The notes under the pieces are model-generated. The model saw nothing but the letters and a program-made list of their open reading frames with translations. It searched no databases and was not told where the DNA came from. From the NCBI GenBank assembly GCA_965223795.1, contig CBDCXL010000002.1, forward strand, positions 384,001 through 448,000: 64,000 bases of DNA, in the 5' to 3' direction. Below are positions 1-9,177 of this stretch, in pieces (within the stretch, counting starts at the first letter, position 1; every line of letters begins with the position of its first letter). Origin of the DNA: Nitrospinales bacterium (GTDB lineage Bacteria; Nitrospinota; Nitrospinia; Nitrospinales; VA-1). The position numbers were made by a program, and so were the translations under genes.

Positions 1-20
1 TGCGCTGCCTTTAATGTGCC

Positions 21-112
21 GCCCTGAGCTTGTCGAAGGGCTGCACGGTTATCGAGTCACACTCATGCTTCGTCATGCCTGCCCTGAGCTTGCCGAAGGG
101 CTCAGCACGACA
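21..112. repeat. REP-like palindromic repeat cluster (family A, CCTGAGCTTGTCGAAGG core), nested copy
   Basis: GCCCTGAGCTTGTCGAAGGGC at 21-41 and GCCCTGAGCTTGCCGAAGGGC at 81-101; the same core recurs at 39936-39995 and 63693-63784. Confidence 0.85.
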
Positions 113-126
113 TCGAATAGCGGGTT

Positions 127-1629
127 TTAAAAAAGCCCTTTGTATTCCTGAACCGCGGCCTTCAGTTTGTTTTCGAGATCGTCGTTGAGTTTCTTTTCCT
201 TTGCGATCGTATCCAGGATGTCCTTGTGCTTCTCTTCCATAAAATTGAGGAAGCCGGCCTCGAAACGTCTCACGTCGGCCACGGCGATGTCGTCCAGAAG
301 CCCGCGCACGCCGGTGAAAATGGAAACGATCTGCTGCACGACGGAAAGCGGTTTGTACTGATCCTGCTTGAGCAGCTCGACCAGTCGCTCACCGCGTGAA
401 AGCTGGGCCTGGGTCGCGGCGTCGAGGTCGCTGCCGAACTGGGCGAACGCGGCCATCTCGCGATACTGCGCGAGATCGAGCCTGAGCTGCCCGGCCACCT
501 GCTTCATGCCCTTGATCTGGGCGGCGCCGCCGACGCGGGAAACGGAGAGGCCGACGTTGATGGCGGGCCGCACGCCGGAGTAGAACAGGTCCGTTTCCAG
601 ATAGATCTGGCCATCGGTGATGGAAATCACGTTGGTCGGGATGTAGGCGGAAACGTCGCCCGCCTGGGTTTCGATGATCGGCAGCGCGGTCAGGGACCCG
701 GCGCCCAACTCGTCGCCCAGTTTCGCGGCGCGCTCCAACAGCCGCGAGTGCAGGAAGAACACGTCTCCGGGATAGGCTTCGCGTCCCGGCGGCCGTCGAA
801 GCAGGAGCGACAACTGCCGGTAGGCGGCCGCCTGCTTGGAAAGATCGTCGTAAATGATGAGGCAGTGCTGGCCGTTGTCGCGGAAGTGCTCGCCCATGGC
901 GCAGCCGGCGTAGGGGGCGATGAACTGCATGGGCGCGGGCTCGCTGGCGGAGGCGGACACGACGATGGTGTACTCCATCGCGCCGTGCTCTTCCAGGGAT
1001 TTCACCACGCGGGCGACGGTGGAACGTTTCTGCCCGACCGCCACGTAGATGCAGAACACGTTCTGCCCTTTCTGGTTGATGATGGTGTCGATGGCGACGG
1101 CGGTCTTGCCGGTCTGCCGGTCACCGATGATGAGCTCGCGCTGGCCGCGGCCGATGGGGATCATGCCGTCGATGGCCTTGATGCCGGTCTGCAGCGGCTC
1201 GTGCACGGATTTTCTGTCGATCACGCCCGGAGCGATGCGCTCGATGGGGCCGAATTTCTTGGTCTTGACCGGGCCGCGCCCGTCGATGGCTTCGCCCAGG
1301 GAGTTGACCACCCGGCCCACCAGTTCGGGGCCGACCGGGACTTCCATGATGCGGCCGGTGCGCTTGACCTCGTCGCCCTCTTTGATCTTGTCGTCGAACC
1401 CGAGCAGGATGGCGCCGACGTTGTCCTCTTCCAGGTTGAGCACCATGCCCACCAGCCCGCCTGGAAATTCGAGGAGCTCTCCCGCCATAGCCTTTTCGAG
1501 ACCGTAGATGCGCGCGATGCCGTCGCCTACCGAGATCACGCGTCCGGTTTCCTTGAGCTCGATCCCTTCCTCAAAACCCTGGATCCTTTTTTCGATCAGG
1601 GAACTAATTTCATCGGCTCGCAAATTCAC
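127..1629 (-). CDS. atpA: F1Fo ATP synthase subunit alpha
   Basis: GDRQTGKT P-loop, [28 protein letters not shown]; 500 aa. Confidence 0.99.
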   Translation of the reverse strand: MNLRADEISSLIEKRIQGFEEGIELKETGRVISVGDGIARIYGLEKAMAGELLEFPGGLVGMVLNLEEDNVGAILLGFDDKIKEGDEVKRTGRIMEVPVGPELVGRVVNSLGEAIDGRGPVKTKKFGPIERIAPGVIDRKSVHEPLQTGIKAIDGMIPIGRGQRELIIGDRQTGKTAVAIDTIINQKGQNVFCIYVAVGQKRSTVARVVKSLEEHGAMEYTIVVSASASEPAPMQFIAPYAGCAMGEHFRDNGQHCLIIYDDLSKQAAAYRQLSLLLRRPPGREAYPGDVFFLHSRLLERAAKLGDELGAGSLTALPIIETQAGDVSAYIPTNVISITDGQIYLETDLFYSGVRPAINVGLSVSRVGGAAQIKGMKQVAGQLRLDLAQYREMAAFAQFGSDLDAATQAQLSRGERLVELLKQDQYKPLSVVQQIVSIFTGVRGLLDDIAVADVRRFEAGFLNFMEEKHKDILDTIAKEKKLNDDLENKLKAAVQEYKGLF

Positions 1630-2181
1630 TTAGGCTACCTCCTCTTTTTCGATGATTTGTCGCAATTTTTGCAGGCGGTTGATGATGGTCGCGTCGGCGA
1701 CCTGGTCGCCGATGCGCAGCCGGATGCCGCCGATCAGCGAGTCGTCCTCGTGCACTTCGAGCAGAACGGTCTTGCCGAAGATGCGCTCCAGTCCGGTGCT
1801 GAGCCGCTTGGTGTTTTCCTGGGTGAGCGGCTGGGCGGATTCGACGGACACGCGGATCTGCTTGAGCCTTTCATCGACCACGTCCTGAAAGTATTCGGTG
1901 ATCTTTTCCAGATACAGCATCTTGTTGCGCTCGACCAGCATGCGCACCAGGTTTTTCACGCCGGACTTCACGCCCAGCTTGCTGCATAAATCCTGGGCCA
2001 GCTCGTTTTTGCGTTCCGGCGGAATCGACGGGTGGGCGAAAAACCGCGGAAGCTGGTCCTGGCTCTGGAACGCGGCGGTCAGCTCGCGCAGATTGTCCAG
2101 CGCCGCACTGAGTTCCGATTTCTTCTCGATGCTGTCGGACAGCGCCTCGGCGTAGCGTTTGCCTATCAGGTTTTCGATCAT
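1630..2181 (-). CDS. atpH: F1Fo ATP synthase subunit delta
   Basis: RYAEAL N-terminus, SLIGGIRLRIGDQVADATI C-terminal motif; lies between atpF and atpA. Confidence 0.96.
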   Translation of the reverse strand: MIENLIGKRYAEALSDSIEKKSELSAALDNLRELTAAFQSQDQLPRFFAHPSIPPERKNELAQDLCSKLGVKSGVKNLVRMLVERNKMLYLEKITEYFQDVVDERLKQIRVSVESAQPLTQENTKRLSTGLERIFGKTVLLEVHEDDSLIGGIRLRIGDQVADATIINRLQKLRQIIEKEEVA

Positions 2182-2206
2182 GAGTTCAGTCGGTGACGCC
2201 GCGGAC

Positions 2207-2731
2207 TCAGCCGGCGGCCTGTTTCTGTTCCAGTTCTTTCAGCACTTCCTCGATCGCTTCGTCGGCGAGCCGCTTGCGTTCCGCCTCGTCGAGGGCTTTT
2301 TTGAGAAATTTCTCCGTCGAGGCGATGGTCAACGCAGCGGTGTGGGCGCGGATTTCGCTCATCAGCTTGTTGCGAGTGCGCTCCATCTCCCGCTCCACGT
2401 CGGTCTGCATCTGACGGACCTTGTTCTGGGTTTCCTCCAGGGTCTTCTCCTGGATCTTCTTGGCTTCGCCGGTCGCCATCTGCACGATGGTGTGGGCCTT
2501 GGTATGGGCTTCCTTGAGCTCGCGCTCCAGGTCGGACTTGATGACCTTGGCGTCGCCCTTCATTTTTTCCGCTTCCTCGATGTCGCCGCGTATCTTTTTC
2601 TCCCGCTCTTCCAGGGCCTGAAGGATGGGCGGGAAGGCGAATTTCTTCAGCAGCAGAAACAGCAGAAGAAAGGAAATAACCGACCAGAATATGACAGAGC
2701 TGAAGACTTCTACTTGCTCGAATTGGGGCAT
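2207..2731 (-). CDS. atpF: Fo ATP synthase subunit b
   Basis: N-terminal TM (IFWSVISFLLLFLLLKKFAFPPI) followed by charged coiled coil; operon position. Confidence 0.95.
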   Translation of the reverse strand: MPQFEQVEVFSSVIFWSVISFLLLFLLLKKFAFPPILQALEEREKKIRGDIEEAEKMKGDAKVIKSDLERELKEAHTKAHTIVQMATGEAKKIQEKTLEETQNKVRQMQTDVEREMERTRNKLMSEIRAHTAALTIASTEKFLKKALDEAERKRLADEAIEEVLKELEQKQAAG

Positions 2732-2920
2732 CGCACACTCTTTTTAAATGATGTTTTCAACAACGACCGTGGTGATTGAATTGATCCTGCCATTGACTCG
2801 AATGTGACATCGCACACTCTTTTTACATTCGGGTTTCAAAACGTGTGGAGCGATCAAATCCACTTTGAGTCATGCCTGGGTGACCGCGCCGCACTCCCTT
2901 ATGCATTCGGGTTTGAAAAT
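2729..2920. repeat. three degenerate direct repeats at ~79-bp period in the atpE-atpF spacer
   Basis: CATCGCACACTCTTTTTA identical at 2729-2746 and 2808-2825; CATTCGGGTTT(C/G)AAAA at 2826-2841 and 2904-2919. Confidence 0.8.
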
Positions 2921-2999
2921 CCCGAGCGGAACCCGGTATCACCCTGTGCCGAATCAGACCGGATGCCACACTGGTCCCGCCGCGGACGCAAAAACCCGA

Positions 3000-3230
3000 T
3001 CAGCCAACCTTACCCATGATGATGAACGCCAAAACGAGAGCGTACAGGGCGATCGCCTCGACCAGGGCGAACCCGATCCAGCAGTATTTGGCGACCCGAC
3101 CTTCGGCGTTGGGCTGACGGCCGACCGTTTCGATGGTCTTGGAGAAGATATACGCGATTCCAAGAGCGGCTCCGAAAAAACCCGCCGCACACAATCCCAT
3201 TCCAATCATTGCTGCTGCTTCTAAACCCAT
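3000..3230 (-). CDS. atpE: Fo ATP synthase subunit c
   Basis: Two hydrophobic helices, RQP loop, conserved Glu in FALVEAIALY; 76 aa. Confidence 0.97.
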   Translation of the reverse strand: MGLEAAAMIGMGLCAAGFFGAALGIAYIFSKTIETVGRQPNAEGRVAKYCWIGFALVEAIALYALVLAFIIMGKVG

Positions 3231-3256
3231 GCTCGATCTCCTTTATTTACGGATCA

Positions 3257-3994
3257 TTAATGAAGTTTGATCACATCCCCGATGTAAACGCAGGTCAGGA
3301 TGGTGAAGATATACGCTTGAATGAACGCGATGGCGATTTCCAGCCCGTTGATGACGATCGTGAACCCGAAGGGCATCCACCCGATCCACAGCGGCGCCGA
3401 AACCGCCAGCCCGAACAGAACGGCCAGCACGGTGTGCCCCGCTGTCATGTTGGCGAACAGGCGCACGGCCAGGGAAACCGGCCGGGCAAGCATGCTGATC
3501 AGTTCAATGGGAATCATGAAGGGAATCATGATCTTCGGCACGCCCGGCGGCACGAGGATGGAAAAAAAATGCAGCCCGTGCTTCATGATCCCGATCACCA
3601 GGGTCATGATGAAAATCAGAATGGCGAAGGCCCCGGTGACCGCAAGCTGGCTGGTGATGGTGTAGGAACCGGGAATCATCCCCGCCAGGTTGCAGGTGAG
3701 GATGAACAGAAACAATGAGGCCACGAAGGCGAAGTACTTTTTGCCTTCCTCTTTGCCGATGAACTCGTCCACCATGTCCTGGATGAATTCGACGCAGACC
3801 TCGAACACACTCTGCAGCTTGCCGGGAACGAGGTTCACCCCCCGGTTCACCACAAACATGATCAGGCCGAAAAGCAAAGCCAGCCCGGCCCACATGACCA
3901 GCACGGCTTTGTTGATGGAAAGGTCGAGTCCAAAAAGATGGATGGGGATGATGGGGTGCAGCTCAAAATGATGCAGGGGACTTTCTATGTTCAA
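3257..3994 (-). CDS. atpB: Fo ATP synthase subunit a
   Basis: RPVSLAVRLFANMTAGH and IQAYIFTILTCVY motifs; TTG start overlaps the upstream stop. Confidence 0.98.
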   Translation of the reverse strand: MNIESPLHHFELHPIIPIHLFGLDLSINKAVLVMWAGLALLFGLIMFVVNRGVNLVPGKLQSVFEVCVEFIQDMVDEFIGKEEGKKYFAFVASLFLFILTCNLAGMIPGSYTITSQLAVTGAFAILIFIMTLVIGIMKHGLHFFSILVPPGVPKIMIPFMIPIELISMLARPVSLAVRLFANMTAGHTVLAVLFGLAVSAPLWIGWMPFGFTIVINGLEIAIAFIQAYIFTILTCVYIGDVIKLH

Positions 3995-4284
3995 TTCCGC
4001 TCGTCTCCGTTGTCGTCTTCTTTTGTTTGCTCTTCGCGTTCCATTTCCATGGCCGCCCGGTACACGTTCAGCACTCCCGCGGCGCCGCCTAAAATCACTC
4101 CCACCGCGAGGCCCCAGGGTCCGGTGTCAAAGTAATGATCCACCGCGTACCCCATGACTGCACCCAGGAAGGTGGCCACGGTCATCTCTGTCACCATCCT
4201 GGTTGCGTAGCCGAACCCTTGACGGAAACCGTTGCCTTTGCTCAACCGGTGCCTTTGCTCTTTAAATGTCCGGGGAAAAACCAA
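3991..4284 (-). CDS. AtpZ/AtpI family membrane protein
   Basis: GYAVDHYFDTGPWGLAVGVILG motif, two TMs, first gene of the atp cluster; start uncertain. Confidence 0.85.
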   Translation of the reverse strand: MVFPRTFKEQRHRLSKGNGFRQGFGYATRMVTEMTVATFLGAVMGYAVDHYFDTGPWGLAVGVILGGAAGVLNVYRAAMEMEREEQTKEDDNGDERN

Positions 4285-4306
4285 TCAACCTGGAATCGGG
4301 GCCCAC

Positions 4307-4336
4307 ATAATACAACAACCTGTTTTATTTGTCCAA
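4307..4336 (-). promoter_or_regulatory. putative sigma70 promoter of the atp operon
   Basis: Minus strand TTGGAC-N18-TATTAT just upstream of atpZ/I. Confidence 0.45.
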
Positions 4337-4556
4337 GTATTGTTGTTCACTCACTCGATTTTTATAGGAAGTGTTCGGGTGGGCATCGACGCAGACCGAC
4401 ATCCGGCAGACAGGTTGAAACCCATCCTCTGGTTAAAAACCCGTTCTGCCTTTTCCAGGGAAAAGCCGTTTTTAATAGAATCAGGTGGGGCCAAAACCGT
4501 TTTACGGGCGGACAGGATGATCTACCGGCCCGGATACTGCCAGTGGTGAAACGCTG

Positions 4557-4883
4557 TCAGTAAGGAAGGGGTCCGTTCTCCTCCTCGTATTCTTCCAGGG
4601 GAACCATGTCGATCGCATCCCAGGGGCAGCCTTCGAGCAGGGTGTCCATGGGCCCTTTGGTGATGCACTTCTTGCAGCCGATGCACAAAAGCGGGTCCAC
4701 GTCTACCCGGTTGAAAAATGGAGCATCCGGGTTTTCAACCTCAAACATGCAGTCTTCGACGGGGCATTCGGTGATGCAGATGGGCGAGCCTCCGCAGCCG
4801 GTGCAGGCGTCGTTGATCACCGCCAGTATCTTGGGTTTCCGCTTTCGCTTTACGGATCGTTTTTCTTTTTCTTTAACGGCCAT
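4557..4883 (-). CDS. 2x[4Fe-4S] ferredoxin-like protein
   Basis: CTGCGGSPICITECP and CIGCKKC...CPWDAI cysteine motifs; basic N-terminus. Confidence 0.88.
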   Translation of the reverse strand: MAVKEKEKRSVKRKRKPKILAVINDACTGCGGSPICITECPVEDCMFEVENPDAPFFNRVDVDPLLCIGCKKCITKGPMDTLLEGCPWDAIDMVPLEEYEEENGPLPY

Positions 4884-5102
4884 GGCGTTCGACTGTCCTC
4901 AAGCTCGAATGAACGAAATATCCTCGTCACCTTCGTTGAACTTTTATTCTAGCAAATCGGCGAACGATTAATAGCAAAATCCCGGTCAAAATGCAACACC
5001 CGCCCGCAGGGTTGGGAAACCGGCGTTTTTTTGACGCTTTGCGCGGCACACCGGCCTCCCCTGTCCGGCCCTGCGGCCCGAAACGGCGCGCTTTGTTTTT
5101 CA

Positions 5103-5131
5103 TTTACAGGCCACCGCCGCTGTATTAAGAT
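5103..5131 (+). promoter_or_regulatory. putative sigma70 promoter for the holB operon
   Basis: TTTACA(5103-5108)-N17-TAAGAT(5126-5131). Confidence 0.5.
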
Positions 5132-5290
5132 ACGGGCAGGATTCCGGAGCCGGAATCTCACCTTAACTGCTTATGAAATAAGCAGCACAGGGCTCAAGGC
5201 GCGGGCATCGACGCCGCCGCCCATGATCCACCACGACCGTTCCTGTCTCAAACCGAAGGGATCCGGAGGAGATGGATAATCATAACCGAC

Positions 5291-6313
5291 ATGCCGTTCG
5301 CAACCATACTGGGGCAGGACCGGCCCCGGCAGATCATACAAAAGGCAATAATAAACAACAGCTTATCCCACGCCTACCTGTTTTACGGTCCCGCTAGCGT
5401 CGGCAAAAGGCGCACCGCCTTCGAGCTTGCCAAAGCCCTCAACTGCCTGGAATCGGGACCGGAGGACGGCTGCGGCGCCTGTTCCTCCTGCCGGAAAATC
5501 GACAGCGGCACGCATCCGGACTGCTTCCTTCTGGAACCCGTAAAAAGCTCCCCCACCAGCCGGGAGGCGGTCATCAAGATCGAGGCGGTTCGTGAACTGC
5601 AGAAAAAACTGAGTTTTCTGCCCTACGAGGGCAAAACCAAGGTGGCGGTGATCGACGGCGCGGAGGCGATGAACCCGCAGGCCGCCAACACGTTTCTCAA
5701 GACGCTGGAAGAGCCGCCCGCGCAGACGGTGCTGATCCTGATCGCCGCGAATCCTTTCCTGCTTCTGCCCACACTGGTTTCCCGCTGCCAGGGCGTGAAG
5801 TTCGACCCGCTGGCGCCCGAGACCGTGGAAACGATCCTCGAGCAGGTGCTGGACCCGGAAGAGCGGGAAAACATGGGCCCAGAAGAGTTCAAACTGCGCG
5901 CGGCGCGGTCGATGGGCGGCATCCGGCGCGCCCTGGACGCGGACATTCAGAAAACCGAAGCGGTGCGCCGGGAGCTGGTGGAACTTTTGTCCGCGCTCTC
6001 CTTTGAGCGCATGGACCTGGCGTTCAAATGGTCGCGCGACCAAGCCAAGCAGCCGGGTGAGGTGCAGGCGGTGCTGGACGAGATGCTCAATCTGCTGCGC
6101 GACCTGGCGGTGCTCAAGACACCGGGACCGGAAGAACGTATTTTCAACCGCGACATCGCCGAAACGCTTAAGCCGCTCGCCCGACGTAAACACCGACGGG
6201 CGCTGTTTTCATTGTTCGACACCGTGCTCGACACGCAGGCCGCCCTCAAAGGCAACGCCAACACCCTGCTGACGCTGGAAAACATGCTGATCCGTTTTTG
6301 CGAGGCGGCCTGA
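5291..6313 (+). CDS. holB: DNA polymerase III subunit delta'
   Basis: HAYLFYGPASVGK, Zn cluster C..CGACSSC, ANTFLKTLEEP, SRC motif. Confidence 0.96.
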   Translation: MPFATILGQDRPRQIIQKAIINNSLSHAYLFYGPASVGKRRTAFELAKALNCLESGPEDGCGACSSCRKIDSGTHPDCFLLEPVKSSPTSREAVIKIEAVRELQKKLSFLPYEGKTKVAVIDGAEAMNPQAANTFLKTLEEPPAQTVLILIAANPFLLLPTLVSRCQGVKFDPLAPETVETILEQVLDPEERENMGPEEFKLRAARSMGGIRRALDADIQKTEAVRRELVELLSALSFERMDLAFKWSRDQAKQPGEVQAVLDEMLNLLRDLAVLKTPGPEERIFNRDIAETLKPLARRKHRRALFSLFDTVLDTQAALKGNANTLLTLENMLIRFCEAA

Positions 6314-6316
6314 ATC

Positions 6317-7204
6317 ATGGAACCCACGATGAACGTTCTGCCGCAGGACAAGGAGCTGACGCAACCGGAGGCGCAAAAGCCGCGGTTTTTGATCGGCGTG
6401 CGGCTCAGGAACCGGGAAAAAACCCGGCAGTTCGACCCCGGCGGCCTGAAGCTTAGGGTGGGGTCCGAGGTGGTGGTCGAATCGAAGTACGGCAATGAGA
6501 TCGGCGTGGTCGCCTCGAACAAGGTGGTCAATGTCCGCAAGGACAACTGCAAGGAGATCAAACGGATCCTGCGCATCGCCAACGAAAACGACCATCAGGC
6601 GGAAGCGCGCCGGGAAAACCTGGAGCGGCGGGCGAAAAAGCTCTGCTCCCAGAAAATCGAGGAGCTCAGCCTGCCGATGAACCTGAGCCGGGTGGTGCAC
6701 GCGCCGCCGGCCAACAAGACGATCTTCTTTTTCACGGCGGAGGGCCGGGTCGATTTCCGCCAGTTGATCAAGGAGCTGGCCTCGAAGCTCAGGCACCGGA
6801 TCGAGATGAAGCAGGTGGGCGTGCGCGACGAGGCGCGGGAAATCGGCGGCAACGGCATCTGCGGCGAATCGCTGTGCTGCTCGACGTTTCTCAAGGAATT
6901 TTCGCCGGTGACGATCCGCATGGCCAAGGACCAGGGGCTGGCGCTCAACCCGAGCAAGATCTCCGGCGTGTGCGGCCGGCTCATGTGCTGCCTGCAGTAC
7001 GAGCACGACACGTACCGGAACCTGATCAAGGGGCTGCCGAAGCTGGGCAGCCGCCTGGAAACGCCGGACGGCCCGGGCAAGGTGCTGAAGCACGAAATCC
7101 TGGAGCAGAAGGTCATGGTCCGGCTGGATGATGAAAGCATCCTGGTCTACCATCTCGATGAATTGAAGGAAAGCCTGAAGGCCAAACAGGCCGGCCCGTC
7201 CTGA
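6317..7204 (+). CDS. ricT: PSP1/YaaT (RicT) family protein
   Basis: GRVDFRQLIK, CGESLCCSTF, KISGVCGRLMCCLQYE motifs; usual holB-yaaT-metG order. Confidence 0.9.
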   Translation: MEPTMNVLPQDKELTQPEAQKPRFLIGVRLRNREKTRQFDPGGLKLRVGSEVVVESKYGNEIGVVASNKVVNVRKDNCKEIKRILRIANENDHQAEARRENLERRAKKLCSQKIEELSLPMNLSRVVHAPPANKTIFFFTAEGRVDFRQLIKELASKLRHRIEMKQVGVRDEAREIGGNGICGESLCCSTFLKEFSPVTIRMAKDQGLALNPSKISGVCGRLMCCLQYEHDTYRNLIKGLPKLGSRLETPDGPGKVLKHEILEQKVMVRLDDESILVYHLDELKESLKAKQAGPS

Positions 7205-7221
7205 GAACCAACCCGAACCCG

Positions 7222-9177
7222 ATGAACGACAACACAAAAAAGTTTTACGTCACCACGCCGATCTACTACGTGAACGACGTGCCGCACATCGGGCACGCCT
7301 ACACCACCATCGCGGCGGATGTGATCGCGCGCTACAAGAAGCTCGACGGCTACGAGGTGCATTTCCTCACCGGGACCGACGAGCACGGCCAGAAGGTGCA
7401 CCAGGCGGCGAAGGATCTGGGCGTGACCGCGCAGGAGCACGTCGACAAGCTGAACGTCCGCTTCAAGGAACTCTGGGTGCGGCTCAACATCACCCACGAC
7501 GATTTCATCCGCACGACCGAGGAGCGGCACAAAAAGGTGGTGCGCCAGATCCTCACGGAGCTGTATGAAAAGGAAGAGATCTACAAGGACAGCTACGAGG
7601 GCTGGTACTGCACGCCGGACGAGCGGTTCTGGACGGAAAAGGACCTGGTCAACGGCAACTGCCCGGAATGCGGCCGCAAGGTGGACAAGATCCGCGAGCA
7701 CAATTATTTTTTCAAAATGGGCCGGCACCGGGACTGGCTGGCGGAGCACATCCAGAAGAACGAGCATTTCATCCTGCCGGCCTCGCGCCGCAACGAGGTG
7801 CTGGGTTTTCTGAACAAGCCGCTGGAGGATCTGTGCATCTCGCGGCCGGTGGAGCGCATGCCCTGGGGCATCCCCCTGCCCTTCGACGAAAAATACGTCA
7901 CCTACGTCTGGTTCGACGCGCTCATCAACTACATCTCGATCTTCGGACAGCTGGATCAGATCCGCGGTTGCGGGTTCTGGCCCGCCGACAACCATCTCGT
8001 CGGCAAGGACATCCTGACCACGCACGCGGTGTACTGGTCCACCATGCTCAAGGCGATGGGGCTGCCGCTGCCGAAAAACATCTTCGCGCACGGCTGGTGG
8101 ACGGTGAACGGGCAGAAGATGTCGAAATCGCTGCGCAACGTGGTGGAGCCGAACCTGCTGATCGACCAGTTCGGCGTGGACGTGATCCGCTATTTCCTGA
8201 TGCGCGAGGTGCCGTTCGGCCTGGACGGGGACTTTTCCCACAAGGCGCTGATCGGGCGGCAGAACAGCGATCTCGCCAACAACCTGGGCAACTGTCTCAA
8301 CCGCACCGTCAAGATGATGCACAAATATTACGACAACGGCGCGGTGCCGGAGCCCGGCACGAGCGGCCCCGAAGACGACGGCCTGAAACAGACCGCCACC
8401 CACACGGTGGCGGCCGTGCGCAAGCTCTACGACGAACTGGCCTACAACAAGGTGCTGTCGGAGATCTGGGTGCTGGTGGACGCGACGAATCAGTACATCG
8501 ACAAGGCGGGTCCCTGGAACCTGGTGAAGACGGATGAAGGCAAGCAGCGCCTGTCCGCGGTGATGTACAACGCCGCCGAGGCGCTGCGCATCGTGGCGGT
8601 GCTGATCCATCCGTTCATGCCGCAGTCGGCGGCGAACATGATGGAGCAGCTCGGGGTCGAGACTTCCATCGAGGATCAGGGCATGGCGTCGGTGGACGCC
8701 TGGGGCGGACTCAAAGCCGGAAAGCCGACGAAACCGGGCGCGCAGCTGTTCCCGAGGATCGACGACAAGCAGGCGGCCAAGCTGCTGGCGGCCGCGGGCG
8801 CGGAAGAAGATAAGAAACCACAGCCGCCCGCCAAGGAACAGGCGGAGAAGGACGGCCGCATCTCGATCGACGACTTCATGAAGATCGACCTGCGCACCGG
8901 CACCATACTGGAAGCGGAGAAGGTGAAAAAATCGAAGAAGCTGGTCAAGCTCAGGGTGGACATCGGCACGGAAACGCGGCAGGTCGTCGCGGGCATCGCC
9001 GAGGCCTACGAGCCGCAGGACCTGGTGGGCAAGACCATCATCCTGGTGGCCAATCTCAAACCGGCGAAACTGATGGGCATCGAGTCGCAGGGCATGGTGC
9101 TGGCGGCGAGCGACAGCGACAAGATCATCCTCGCCGGGTTCGCCGAGGAGCCGCCGAAAGGAGTCCGCGTCAAATGA
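7222..9177 (+). CDS. metG: methionyl-tRNA synthetase
   Basis: PHIGH and KMSKS motifs, Zn knuckle, C-terminal OB-fold tRNA-binding domain. Confidence 0.98.
   Translation: MNDNTKKFYVTTPIYYVNDVPHIGHAYTTIAADVIARYKKLDGYEVHFLTGTDEHGQKVHQAAKDLGVTAQEHVDKLNVRFKELWVRLNITHDDFIRTTEERHKKVVRQILTELYEKEEIYKDSYEGWYCTPDERFWTEKDLVNGNCPECGRKVDKIREHNYFFKMGRHRDWLAEHIQKNEHFILPASRRNEVLGFLNKPLEDLCISRPVERMPWGIPLPFDEKYVTYVWFDALINYISIFGQLDQIRGCGFWPADNHLVGKDILTTHAVYWSTMLKAMGLPLPKNIFAHGWWTVNGQKMSKSLRNVVEPNLLIDQFGVDVIRYFLMREVPFGLDGDFSHKALIGRQNSDLANNLGNCLNRTVKMMHKYYDNGAVPEPGTSGPEDDGLKQTATHTVAAVRKLYDELAYNKVLSEIWVLVDATNQYIDKAGPWNLVKTDEGKQRLSAVMYNAAEALRIVAVLIHPFMPQSAANMMEQLGVETSIEDQGMASVDAWGGLKAGKPTKPGAQLFPRIDDKQAAKLLAAAGAEEDKKPQPPAKEQAEKDGRISIDDFMKIDLRTGTILEAEKVKKSKKLVKLRVDIGTETRQVVAGIAEAYEPQDLVGKTIILVANLKPAKLMGIESQGMVLAASDSDKIILAGFAEEPPKGVRVK

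Noticed and set aside
1..126. Apparent loss of atpG/atpD/atpC after atpA
   Set aside because: The window ends 126 nt past atpA, so these genes may simply lie outside it.
748..1989. 413-aa plus-strand ORF opposite atpA/atpH
   Set aside because: Antisense shadow of conserved genes in GC-rich DNA; no motifs.
2729..2920. CRISPR array (80-bp period, TTGAAAC-like ends on the minus strand)
   Set aside because: Only three degenerate units, the repeat includes the atpF start codon, no palindrome, no leader or cas genes.
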